Assembly (NCBI GenBank): GCA_046484865.1
Contig: JAWOID010000035.1
Coordinates: forward strand, 1 to 54,084
Direction of reading: 5' to 3'
Source: Candidatus Krumholzibacteriia bacterium
GTDB lineage: Bacteria > Krumholzibacteriota > Krumholzibacteriia > LZORAL124-64-63
DNA length: 54,084 nucleotides
A program made the translations under genes and the position numbers. The notes beneath the pieces are model-generated. The model was not told where the DNA came from. It did not search any database and saw only the letters and a program-made list of their open reading frames with translations. Shown here piece by piece: positions 1 to 8,411 of this stretch. Position 1 is the first letter of the stretch. Every line of letters starts with the position of its first letter.

Positions 1-150
1 GCCGTCAACACGCACGATGCGGTCCCCCGTCCTCCAGGCGTGGGCCCGGTGGTAGGGACTCGGGAAAGGAGCCGTCAGGGTGATCATAACCTCAAATATG
101 GCAGGAGATTGCCGTGTGCGCCAGAGCGTTCTGGTCGGGTTTGGGTATTC

Positions 151-179
151 TTGACAGGCCCGGCGGCGCCGTGTAGATT
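151..179 (+). promoter_or_regulatory. sigma70-type promoter of tRNA-Gly
   Basis: TTGACA (151-156), 17-bp spacer, TAGATT (174-179), 24 bp upstream of the tRNA. Confidence 0.8.
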
Positions 180-203
180 GGCTCGCTACGCAGAGGTCTT
201 GGA

Positions 204-279
204 GCGGGCATAGCTCAGTTGGTAGAGCATCAGCTTCCCAAGCTGAGGGTCGCGAGTTCGAGCCTCGTTGCCCGCTCCA
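204..279 (+). tRNA. tRNA-Gly, anticodon CCC
   Basis: 76-nt cloverleaf: acceptor GCGGGCA/TGCCCGC, D arm TAGCTCAGTTGGTAGAGC, anticodon stem TCAGC/GCTGA with loop TTCCCAA, T loop GTTCGAG, encoded CCA end. Confidence 0.97.
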
Positions 280-335
280 GCATTCCCTCAGGCCACAGCC
301 CGCTCCCGCCGCCTCGGCCTCACTGCCGCTGCCCG

Positions 336-1781
336 TCAGCCGTCCTGCCAGAAGCCCGGCGTCGCCAGCAGGAGAATGCCGTAGATCTCCACGCGGCCGA
401 TCAGCATGACGGCGGCGAGGACCAGCTTCGCCGCGTCCGCCAGCGAGTTGTAGTGTCCCAGCGACCCCACGGCGCCGAACCCCGGACCGATGTTCCCCAT
501 GCAGGCGACGGTTCCGGTGAACGCTTCCCGGATGGGCGCGCCGGACACGGCGACCAGCAGCGTCGCCAGCGCCACGATCATGAGGTAGGCGCCCACGAAG
601 ACGGCAGCCCCCATCACCTGAGTCTCGCTCACCGGGCTGCCGTCGACCCAGGTGGCCTGCACGGCGCGGGGGTGCTCCATCTTGCGGAGCTGGTTGCGGG
701 CTTGCTGGTAGATCAGGACGAGCCGATCCATCTTCATGGCGCCGGAGGTCGACCCCGCGCAGGCGCCGACCAGGCTGGCGATGACCAGCCAGGCCTGCGA
801 GAACCCCGGCCACAGGCTGGAATCGGCGGAGGCGAAGCCGGTGCTCGTGTTGATCGAAATCACCTGGAAGGCCGCGTGGCGCAAAGCCTCGGACACAGTC
901 GGATAGACGTTCCGGTGGATGTCGAGCGCCACGAAGCCGGTTCCGACCACCAGTCCGCTCAGGTAGACGACGACCGTGGTCTGGCCGGTCTTCAGCGAGC
1001 GCCTGCCAAGCAGGAAGCCGTACATGTAGGCGAAGTTCACGCCCGACAAGGTCATGAAGACGATGATGACCAGTTCCACGGCGAGGCTGTCGTAGGCCGC
1101 GATGGAACCGTCGCGCGGGCAGAAGCCGCCGGTGGCGATGGTGCCGAAGCTGTTCGTGATCGCATCGAACAGCGGCATGCCGACGAGCACGAGGGCGATG
1201 GTTTCCAGGAGCGTGAGGCCGCAGTAGACCGCCAGCAGGATCCTGGTGAGGTCGCTGGTGCGGACGGCGCCCGGCGCCGGCGACACCTGGGAGCGCTCGC
1301 TGCGGAAGAGCCCCAGGCCGAGCCCCGTGAAGGACGGCAACACGGCCAGGGCCAGGACGATGATCCCCACGCCGCCGATCCAGTGGGTGAGGCTGCGCCA
1401 GAAGACCAGCCCGGCCGGGAGCACCTCGATCTGCTCGAGGATCGACGCTCCCGTGGTCGTCAAGCCGCTGAAGCTCTCGAACAGGGCGTCGATCAGGTCG
1501 AACGGTGCGCCCCAGAGGACATACGGCAACGCGCTCGCGATGCCGAGGACGATCCAGCCGCCGACGGCCACCGCCAGGCTCTCGCGAGCGGACAAGGCGT
1601 CCGCGGCCGGCACGAAGACCATGGGAAACACGCCGAAGCAACCGATCAGGGCCGCCGCCACCAGGAGCGTGGTGACCGCTTCGCCGGTAGAGAGCAGATC
1701 CACGAGTGCAGAGAGCGCCATCCCGGCCGCGGCGAGGAGCACGATCAATCCGAGGTACCGCGCAACGACCGTCGTTCTCAT
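336..1781 (-). CDS. trkH: Trk-system potassium uptake membrane protein (TrkH family)
   Basis: Polytopic hydrophobic protein starting MRTTVVARYLG; four pore-loop motifs (SGLTTTGAS, TIATGGF, SINTSTGF, CMGNIGPG), GACAGSTSG and C-terminal MLIGRVEI; ATGA overlap with the upstream gene. Confidence 0.93.
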   Translation of the reverse strand: MRTTVVARYLGLIVLLAAAGMALSALVDLLSTGEAVTTLLVAAALIGCFGVFPMVFVPAADALSARESLAVAVGGWIVLGIASALPYVLWGAPFDLIDALFESFSGLTTTGASILEQIEVLPAGLVFWRSLTHWIGGVGIIVLALAVLPSFTGLGLGLFRSERSQVSPAPGAVRTSDLTRILLAVYCGLTLLETIALVLVGMPLFDAITNSFGTIATGGFCPRDGSIAAYDSLAVELVIIVFMTLSGVNFAYMYGFLLGRRSLKTGQTTVVVYLSGLVVGTGFVALDIHRNVYPTVSEALRHAAFQVISINTSTGFASADSSLWPGFSQAWLVIASLVGACAGSTSGAMKMDRLVLIYQQARNQLRKMEHPRAVQATWVDGSPVSETQVMGAAVFVGAYLMIVALATLLVAVSGAPIREAFTGTVACMGNIGPGFGAVGSLGHYNSLADAAKLVLAAVMLIGRVEIYGILLLATPGFWQDG

Positions 1782-2530
1782 CGCGGCGGATCGATCCTGC
1801 GAGTCCGCGCGGCGGCGCGGCCGAGCGCCTCGTCGAGTTCCTGGATCTCGTCGCCCGTCTTGATCTTGCCCGTGGCGTAGTCGCCGGTGTCGGCCAACCG
1901 GCGCGTTCGCTGAAGGACGCTGCGCAGCGGTTCCACGACGTGCACGTGCGTCAGCCAGGCGAAGAGAGCGGTGAACACCAGCGCCGCCAGCGCGAGGATG
2001 GCCGAGGGCAGAGCGGCACGGTAGGCGCGCTTGCCGATCGCGACCGCTCGTGCCTGCATCTCCAGCTGGTTGACCCGGCGAAGCCGTCCCGCCATGTGCT
2101 TGGCCTGCAGGAACGCCGGCAGCACCTCGGAGCGGTAGAACTCGAAGGTCGGGTCGGTCGCCATCAGGAGGAGGCTTTGCTCGAACTCGGCATGGAAGGT
2201 CTGGAGGGAGTCGAGGATCGCCGGTTCGGTGCCGATGGTCACGTTGCTCCGGGCGAACCGGAGCGCCTCGGCGAAGCTCGAATCCGCCTCGGCCAGGATG
2301 GACCGCGCCTCGTTCGCCTGCCCGCCGGCGAAGAGCAGCGAGCCGCTGTCCATGCGCTCGAGGGCGAGCACCATCTCGTTCGCGGCCTGGATGGACCGAT
2401 CGTTCTCGAGGAGCATGGCGTCGACGCCGCGCGCCAGCGCATCGAACCGGTGATACGACCAGACGCCCGCCGCCAGCAGCATGACGGCGGGGATCGTGAA
2501 CCCGATCCGGAGCTTCGTACCGAGATTCAT
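1778..2530 (-). CDS. Membrane sensor protein: TM - four-helix-bundle periplasmic domain - TM - HAMP, with no output domain
   Basis: MNLGTKLRIGF N-terminus, two TM helices, helical periplasmic region (ENDRSIQAANEMVLALERMDS), HAMP (VVEPLRSV...GDY...DEIQELDEAL), then a stop; alternative GTG start at 2560. Confidence 0.8.
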   Translation of the reverse strand: MNLGTKLRIGFTIPAVMLLAAGVWSYHRFDALARGVDAMLLENDRSIQAANEMVLALERMDSGSLLFAGGQANEARSILAEADSSFAEALRFARSNVTIGTEPAILDSLQTFHAEFEQSLLLMATDPTFEFYRSEVLPAFLQAKHMAGRLRRVNQLEMQARAVAIGKRAYRAALPSAILALAALVFTALFAWLTHVHVVEPLRSVLQRTRRLADTGDYATGKIKTGDEIQELDEALGRAAARTRRIDPPR

Positions 2531-2578
2531 GGTCCGAGAGAGTGGCGCCCGTACCGACACGCGTCAACGACGAAGTCG

Positions 2579-3529
2579 CTACCCCGCCGACTCCGACGCC
2601 TGCGGTTCCTCCGACAGGTCAGCGGGAGACGGCAACTCGCAGTAGAGGCCGAGCGACACTCGCGTGCCGCGCCCGGGCGCGCTCTCGATCTCCATGCTGC
2701 CGCCCATCAGCCGGACCCTCTCGCTCAGCCGCGCCAGCCCGAACCCGCTCGCGCCCGTGCTGTCGGCAGGATCGAAGCCGCCGCCCCCATCGATGACGAC
2801 GATCTGCAGGTGATCGGACCCGGTCCTGGCGAGGATCAGCTCGGCATGATCCACGCCGGCGTGCTTGGCCACGTTGAAGAGCAGCTCGCGGGCGGCTCCG
2901 AACACGAACGAGCGGTGCCCGCGGTCCACCGGGTTCGCGGTCTGATCCAGTCGCACGGCGACGGCCAGGCCGTAGTTCTCGTGAACCCAGTTTCCCAGCC
3001 ACTCGAGCGTCGGCGGCAGACCCGCCTCGTCCAGGACCGGGGGGCTCAACTCGAAGGTGAGGGTACGCGACGAGGCGATCGCATCCTCCATGGTCCGCTG
3101 CAGCTTGCCCAGCCGCTCGCGGATCGGCGCGGCGTCAGCGCGGCGCGCCAGCATCTGCAGCTGCATCTGGACGCTGACCAGGAGTTGCTGCAGATGATCG
3201 TGCAGGTACTGGGCGAGACGCCGCCGCTCCTGATCCTCGGCGCGGGACACCTCCAGGGCGAGTTCCTGCACCTCGCGGGTACGCCGCTCCAGCTCGGCGG
3301 TGCGATCGGCCACGCGCTGCTCCAGCTCGTTCGTCAGCTCGCGCAGTTCGGCCTCGGTGCGGCGCAGCTTCTCCTCGGTCTCGCGCAGCCGCAGCATGAG
3401 CAGATGGTCGCGGCCGACGACCGCATCCACCTCCTCGCCGCGCAGCGCCTCCACCACGGCGTGGGCATGCTGGAGATCCACCTCCGAGGGGCGGTCCAGC
3501 CGGTCCGGTCGACGTTCCGGTCCGTTCAT
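2579..3529 (-). CDS. Cytoplasmic HisKA_3 (NarX/UhpB-type) histidine kinase without a recognisable sensor domain
   Basis: Coiled coil, H-box ERRRLAQYLHDHLQQ, N-box ELLFNVAKHA, DGGGGF, GFGL, SAPGRGT. Confidence 0.9.
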   Translation of the reverse strand: MNGPERRPDRLDRPSEVDLQHAHAVVEALRGEEVDAVVGRDHLLMLRLRETEEKLRRTEAELRELTNELEQRVADRTAELERRTREVQELALEVSRAEDQERRRLAQYLHDHLQQLLVSVQMQLQMLARRADAAPIRERLGKLQRTMEDAIASSRTLTFELSPPVLDEAGLPPTLEWLGNWVHENYGLAVAVRLDQTANPVDRGHRSFVFGAARELLFNVAKHAGVDHAELILARTGSDHLQIVVIDGGGGFDPADSTGASGFGLARLSERVRLMGGSMEIESAPGRGTRVSLGLYCELPSPADLSEEPQASESAG

Positions 3530-3530
3530 C

Positions 3531-3863
3531 TCAACTCCTCGACACCGCCAGCGCCTCGCGCAGCTTGTTCGTGTCGCTCAGGTTGCCGATCACCAGGCGC
3601 CGCGGCGGCGGCTCGAGGATCAGCAGCGAAGGTGTGACCAGGATCTCGTGTTCGATCGCCGCGTCCATGTCGTCCATCACGTCGACGATCTGCAGGTCCA
3701 TCTCCACCCCGTTCAGCCCTTGCGCCTGGAACTTCTCCAGGTTCCCCCGGGCGAGCTGTGAGTTCGTCTCGCGACCGACGACGAAGAGGATCAGCCGCAG
3801 GCGGGACAGGCGCTGCTCTGCGCCACCTGTCTCGGCACCAGGTCGGCCGGTCGGTCCATTCAT
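3531..3863 (-). CDS. kaiB: KaiB family protein
   Basis: LILFVVGRETNSQLARGNL...IVDV...ILVTPSLLILEPPPRRLVIGNLSD; directly downstream of kaiC with an ATGA overlap. Confidence 0.9.
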   Translation of the reverse strand: MNGPTGRPGAETGGAEQRLSRLRLILFVVGRETNSQLARGNLEKFQAQGLNGVEMDLQIVDVMDDMDAAIEHEILVTPSLLILEPPPRRLVIGNLSDTNKLREALAVSRS

Positions 3864-5323
3864 CGTCCAACCTCCCCCGGGGAAGCCCCCTCGGCCGGGG
3901 CCTCGCCGACGTGCAGACCGTCGTCGCCGATCGTGAAGAGGTGGTAGCGCAGCGAGTGTCTCGACCCGCGCGACTTGATGATGACCAGACGGCGCCTCAA
4001 CTCGCGCTCGTCACCTCGCAGTTGCAGCGAGATGGCCGTGTCGATGAGAGAACTCATGCCCACGCCGCTGATGCGTTCCGCGTCGTCCGGGAGCATCTGG
4101 TTCGTGTACAGGCAGGTGATGCCCCGGGCCCGGGCGACCCCGAGCAGCCGCACCAGGAAATCGAACGCCGCCCGCTCGTCGCCCATCCGCTGCACGGCGG
4201 AGATGGCGTCGAGGACGATGTGATCGGCTCCGTGTGCCTCGATCGCCGTCAGCAGGCGCACGAGGTGTTCCTCGATCCCGGCCGACTCCGGCATGGCCGT
4301 CACGACCCGAAGCTTGCCGCTCGCCTGTACCGGCCGCAGGTCGATACCCGCGCTCCGCACCGAGTCGAGCAGGTTCTGCTCGGATTCCTCGAGGCTGACG
4401 TACAGGACCCGTTCGCCCCGTTCGCACGCCGCACGGGCGAAGGTGCAGGCCAGCGTGGTCTTGCCGGTGCCGCTGCTGCCGCCGATCAAAACGGATGCTC
4501 CGCGCCGGAACCCGCCGCCCAGGTATTCGTCGAGTCGGCCGATCCCGGTGGAGAGGCGCTCGCCGAGCGGCTTCTGGACCAGATCCAGCGAGGCGATGGG
4601 AAGCAGGCGGACGCCGGACGCCGCGATGAGGAACGGATGTTCGTTGCCCAGGAAGTTCGAGCCGCGGTACTTGACCACCCGCAGGCGCCGCGTGCGGACC
4701 TGGCCGAGGAAGCGCTGATCGAGTACCACCACGCAGTCGGCCAGGAACTCGAGGAACGGGTAGAGCAGCGCTTCCTGGCTGGCCTTCACGGTGAGGACCG
4801 CCGTCAGGCCGTGGTCCCGCAGCCAGGCGTGCAGGCCGACGAATTCACGCCGCAGGAGTTCGGGATCCTTGACGATCCGGAACAGACCGTCGACGGCGTC
4901 GAGGACGACGATCCGCGCGTCGAGCGCGCGCAGCCGGTTCTCCAGGAGCAGGTACAGCCCCCTGAAGTCGAAGCTGCCCGACTCGATGGTCTGCTGAGGC
5001 AGGGCGGCCGCCACCAGGGCGAGCTTCTTCTCGCGCTCCAGCCGCTCCAGGTCCCAGCCCAGCGACCGCGCGTTGGCCCGGATCTCCTCGGCACGCTCCT
5101 CGAAGCTGGCGAACACGGCGCCCTGGCCGGCCAGCGCGTGCCGGTAGGCGAACTCCAGACCGAAGACGGTCTTGCCGGCGCCGGGGCCTCCCCCGAGCAC
5201 GGTGGTCCGCCCCTCGGGAAACCCGCCCAGCAGGACCTCGTCCAGCCCGGCGACGCCCGAGGAGATCTTCGGCAATCCCTGTGGTGGCCCATCGGCTGCG
5301 GACACTGGTTGCAAGGTGGTCAT
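3860..5323 (-). CDS. kaiC: Double-domain KaiC ATPase/autokinase
   Basis: Two RecA-like domains: GGPGAGKT/FEE/KYRG and GSSGTGKT/LEES/KSRG; phosphosite region GMSSLIDT; GGGAG RBS before the ATG at 5323. Confidence 0.93.
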   Translation of the reverse strand: MTTLQPVSAADGPPQGLPKISSGVAGLDEVLLGGFPEGRTTVLGGGPGAGKTVFGLEFAYRHALAGQGAVFASFEERAEEIRANARSLGWDLERLEREKKLALVAAALPQQTIESGSFDFRGLYLLLENRLRALDARIVVLDAVDGLFRIVKDPELLRREFVGLHAWLRDHGLTAVLTVKASQEALLYPFLEFLADCVVVLDQRFLGQVRTRRLRVVKYRGSNFLGNEHPFLIAASGVRLLPIASLDLVQKPLGERLSTGIGRLDEYLGGGFRRGASVLIGGSSGTGKTTLACTFARAACERGERVLYVSLEESEQNLLDSVRSAGIDLRPVQASGKLRVVTAMPESAGIEEHLVRLLTAIEAHGADHIVLDAISAVQRMGDERAAFDFLVRLLGVARARGITCLYTNQMLPDDAERISGVGMSSLIDTAISLQLRGDERELRRRLVIIKSRGSRHSLRYHLFTIGDDGLHVGEAPAEGASPGEVGR

Positions 5324-5439
5324 GCGTCTCCCGGCGAGCAGGCCAAACGCACCGCAGGCGGCGCAACCGGATCTGCGTTCGGACGATGAGCTTCCATGTC
5401 TGCTGTTGGCCCGGGCGAGCGGGCATCTCGTTAGCATGG

Positions 5440-5468
5440 ACTATACCGTTCGAAGCCCGATCGCGCTA
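5440..5468 (-). promoter_or_regulatory. Possible promoter of the kaiC operon
   Basis: TATAGT -10 (5440-5445) in the miaA-kaiC spacer; the -35 at 17 bp (TAGCGC) is poor. Confidence 0.35.
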
Positions 5469-6458
5469 TCCCGTTTTCGCCTCACGCAAGACCCCGGCGA
5501 TCGCCTCCCGCAGCCGGGGGTCCTCCGGCGCCCCCCGCGCCAGGCCGTCGACCCTGCGGAACCACGTCCGCTGGCGCTTGGCGTACTGGCGCGTGCCGCG
5601 GACGACGCGCGCCACCATCTCCGGCCGGTCGATCTCGCCGCGCAGATGCGCCGTCACCTCCCGGTAGCCGAGGCTGGTCAGTCCCGGACAGTCGTCCCGA
5701 TGCCGGGCCCGCAGCGCTTCGACCTCCTCCAACCAGCCGGCGGCTATCATGGTTCCGGTGCGCCGGGCGATGCGGCGGTCCAGCTCGGCCGTCGGGCGCT
5801 CGAGAACGAACGTGGGGAATGCCAGGCCCAGCGCGGGCCGCGCGACCTGCTCGGCCGCGATCGCGCTCATGGGCCGGCCCGCCAGCCGCGTGATCTCGAG
5901 GGCCCTCTGGCTCCGGTACCGGTCGGACGGATGGATGCGGACGTGGCTGTCCGGATCCTCGCCCGCGAGCAGGCTCCGGACCGTCTCGTCGGGCAACGGA
6001 TCCAGCTCGTCGCGCACGGCGGCCAGCCGCCGCCCGCCCGGGTCGTCCGGCAGGTCCAGGAAACCCTCCCGGAGCGCGGCGAGGTACATTCCCGCGCCAC
6101 CCACGAGCACCGGCACCGCCCCGCGCGTCGCCACCGCCCTGAAGTACCGCTCGAAGTCGTCGCGATATCGTCTTGCGCTGTAACGCTCTTTCGGAGGTAC
6201 AAAGTCGATCAGATGGTGCGGGCAGGCCGCCTGCTCGGCCGCCGACGGCTGGGCGGTGCCGATGCGCAGGCCATGGTAGATCTGGCGGCTGTCCAGGCTG
6301 ATGACCTCCACCCGGTGCCGGGCGGCCAGGTCGAGCACGAGGCCGGTCTTGCCCACCGCGGTGGGACCGACGATCACCGGGCAGGCGCGCAGCGGGAGAT
6401 CGGACGCCGCGCCGGCGCTGCCGGCGGATACGGCGCCGCCGCCGTCGGTCCCGGCCAC
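5466..6458 (-). CDS. miaA: tRNA (adenosine(37)-N6)-dimethylallyltransferase
   Basis: GPTAVGKT, DSRQIY, IGTAQP, TRQYAKRQRTWF; follows mutL. Confidence 0.95.
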   Translation of the reverse strand: MAGTDGGGAVSAGSAGAASDLPLRACPVIVGPTAVGKTGLVLDLAARHRVEVISLDSRQIYHGLRIGTAQPSAAEQAACPHHLIDFVPPKERYSARRYRDDFERYFRAVATRGAVPVLVGGAGMYLAALREGFLDLPDDPGGRRLAAVRDELDPLPDETVRSLLAGEDPDSHVRIHPSDRYRSQRALEITRLAGRPMSAIAAEQVARPALGLAFPTFVLERPTAELDRRIARRTGTMIAAGWLEEVEALRARHRDDCPGLTSLGYREVTAHLRGEIDRPEMVARVVRGTRQYAKRQRTWFRRVDGLARGAPEDPRLREAIAGVLREAKTG

Positions 6459-8315
6459 CTAGCGCCTCCCGAAGCGGCGCTCCAGGTCCTCGATCGGCAT
6501 CTGGAGGAGCGTGGGCCGCCCGTGCGGGCAGCTGCGGGGGTCGTCGGTGGCGAAGAGCTGGTCCACCAGGTTCTGCATCTCCGGGACCGTGAGCGGCTCT
6601 CCTGCCCGGATGGCGCCGTGGCAGGCGAAGCTCGCCAGGAGCGCATCGTGCGACTCGTGGGCGGGGTGCGCCTCGTCGCCGTGGCCAGCGAGGTCGTCCA
6701 GGATGTCCAGCAGCAGCCGCCCATCGTTCCAGTTCTTCAGGCTCGACGGGATCCCCTGCACGAGCACCGACTGCCCGCCGAAGGGCTGGATCGAGAACCC
6801 CAGCCGCTGCAGGCGGTCGCGCACCTGGTGGAAGACGTGGACCTGCTCGGCCGAGAGGTCGAGATGGGCCGGAAACAGCAGCTGCTGGGTGGGAACGCCG
6901 CCACCTTCGCGCATGGCCTTCTGCGCCTGGTTGTAGAGGATGCGCTCATGGCTGTTGTGCTGGTCGATGAGCACGAGGGCGCCGCGGATCTGGGTGGCGA
7001 TGTAGGTACGGTGCAGCTGCCAGAACGGCGCAGGGTGGGCGCGCGCCGGCTCGTCCTCGCGCCGCTCGGATGGACCGGCCGCGGTGCCGCCGCCGGCCGC
7101 CTCGGCGCGCGTGAAGAGATCGCCCTGGCGGCGGCCGAAGGCGCCGCTGCCGGACGCGCCGACCGGCCCCCGCCCGGCGGACGCCTGGCTGCCGAGGTGC
7201 CGCTCGAGGAAGTCGCTCTCGGCGGCGGCGATGCCCGCGCGCAGATCGTTGGCCCGGCCGCCCTCCGTGCCGGTCGTGCCGCCGCCGGCGCGGGGCACGA
7301 AGGGGGCCGCCTCCCTGAGGTCCAGCCCCTCCTGCAGCGCGCGCTTGAGCAGCGCGAACACCTGCCGTTCCAGCAGCAGGCGGACCGCCGTCTTCGCCGG
7401 ATGCACGTTCACGTCCACGTCGCCCGCGGGCACCTTCAGGAACGCGATCACCACCGGGAACTTGCCGGCCGGTACCACCTCGCGGTACGCCTGGGCGATC
7501 GCCTTGCTGAGCGACGGGCTCTCCACCGGTCGCCGGTTCACGAACAGGACCTGCTGTTCGCGGTTGCCGCGCACCCAGGTGGGGCGCGACGCCAGGCCGG
7601 CCACGCTGAAGCCCCCCGACTCGGCCTGGAAGCGGTCCAGGTGCTCGCAGACCGACGCCCCCAGCAGGTCGCGCACCCGCACGATGAGCGACTCGGCGGG
7701 CGGCAGGTCGAGCAGCACCTGCCCCTCCTCGCGCAGCAGCCAGCGCACCTCCCAGTGCGCCATCGCGAGCGTTGTGACCAGGCGCAGACACGCGCGCTTC
7801 TCCGCCTGCCCGCTCTTCAAGAACTTGCGCCGCGCCGGCGTGTTGTAGAACAGGTCCTCCACCTGCACCGTGGTGCCCCGGTTGCGCGGAGCGGGCTCGC
7901 GCCGCACCAGGGAGCCACCCTCCAGTTCGATCAGCCCGCCGTGCTCCTCGTCGTCCACCTTGCTGACCATGCGCACCTTGCTCACCGACGCCAGGGCCGC
8001 CAGGGCCTCGCCCCGGAAGCCGAACGTGCCCACGTTCATGATGTCGGCGGCCGACGCGATCTTGCTGGTGGCGTGGCGCTCGAACGCCAGCGGCAGGTCG
8101 CGGAAGCGAACGCCGGCGCCGTCGTCCTCCACGGTGATGCCGGCCACGCCGCCGTCCACCAAACCGATGCTCAGGGTGCGGGCACCGGCGTCGAGCGCGT
8201 TCTCCACCAGTTCCTTCACCACGGAGGCGGGGCGTTCGATCACCTCGCCGGCGGCGATGCGATCGATGGTCGCGCTGTCCAGGATCTGGATCTGTCGTGG
8301 TGTCGGACTGGGCAT
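6459..8315 (-). CDS. mutL: DNA mismatch repair endonuclease MutL
   Basis: IAAGEVIERPASVVKELVENALDAGA, GFRGEAL, VDVNVHP, endonuclease motifs DQHNSHERILY and CPHGRP. Confidence 0.97.
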   Translation of the reverse strand: MPSPTPRQIQILDSATIDRIAAGEVIERPASVVKELVENALDAGARTLSIGLVDGGVAGITVEDDGAGVRFRDLPLAFERHATSKIASAADIMNVGTFGFRGEALAALASVSKVRMVSKVDDEEHGGLIELEGGSLVRREPAPRNRGTTVQVEDLFYNTPARRKFLKSGQAEKRACLRLVTTLAMAHWEVRWLLREEGQVLLDLPPAESLIVRVRDLLGASVCEHLDRFQAESGGFSVAGLASRPTWVRGNREQQVLFVNRRPVESPSLSKAIAQAYREVVPAGKFPVVIAFLKVPAGDVDVNVHPAKTAVRLLLERQVFALLKRALQEGLDLREAAPFVPRAGGGTTGTEGGRANDLRAGIAAAESDFLERHLGSQASAGRGPVGASGSGAFGRRQGDLFTRAEAAGGGTAAGPSERREDEPARAHPAPFWQLHRTYIATQIRGALVLIDQHNSHERILYNQAQKAMREGGGVPTQQLLFPAHLDLSAEQVHVFHQVRDRLQRLGFSIQPFGGQSVLVQGIPSSLKNWNDGRLLLDILDDLAGHGDEAHPAHESHDALLASFACHGAIRAGEPLTVPEMQNLVDQLFATDDPRSCPHGRPTLLQMPIEDLERRFGRR

Positions 8316-8411
8316 GCTACGGATGTCCTCGTGCGCCTGGAGGGTCGGGCCGGCGTGCGCCGCCCGCACACGGCCACGTTCGCGGCCCCCCGGGGCGCCG
8401 CCGGTCGCGCT

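Noticed and set aside
1..120. Possible start of a minus-strand gene (GTG at 13-15, GGAGG at 31-35, TATGAT at 83-88)
   Set aside because: Only about five codons fall inside the window and the RBS spacing is long; cannot be supported.
5417..5426. GAGCGGGCAT, identical to 202-211 at the tRNA 5' end, as a possible att site bounding the kai block
   Set aside because: Only 10 bp in GC-rich DNA, it matches the 5' rather than the 3' end in direct orientation, and there is no integrase nearby.
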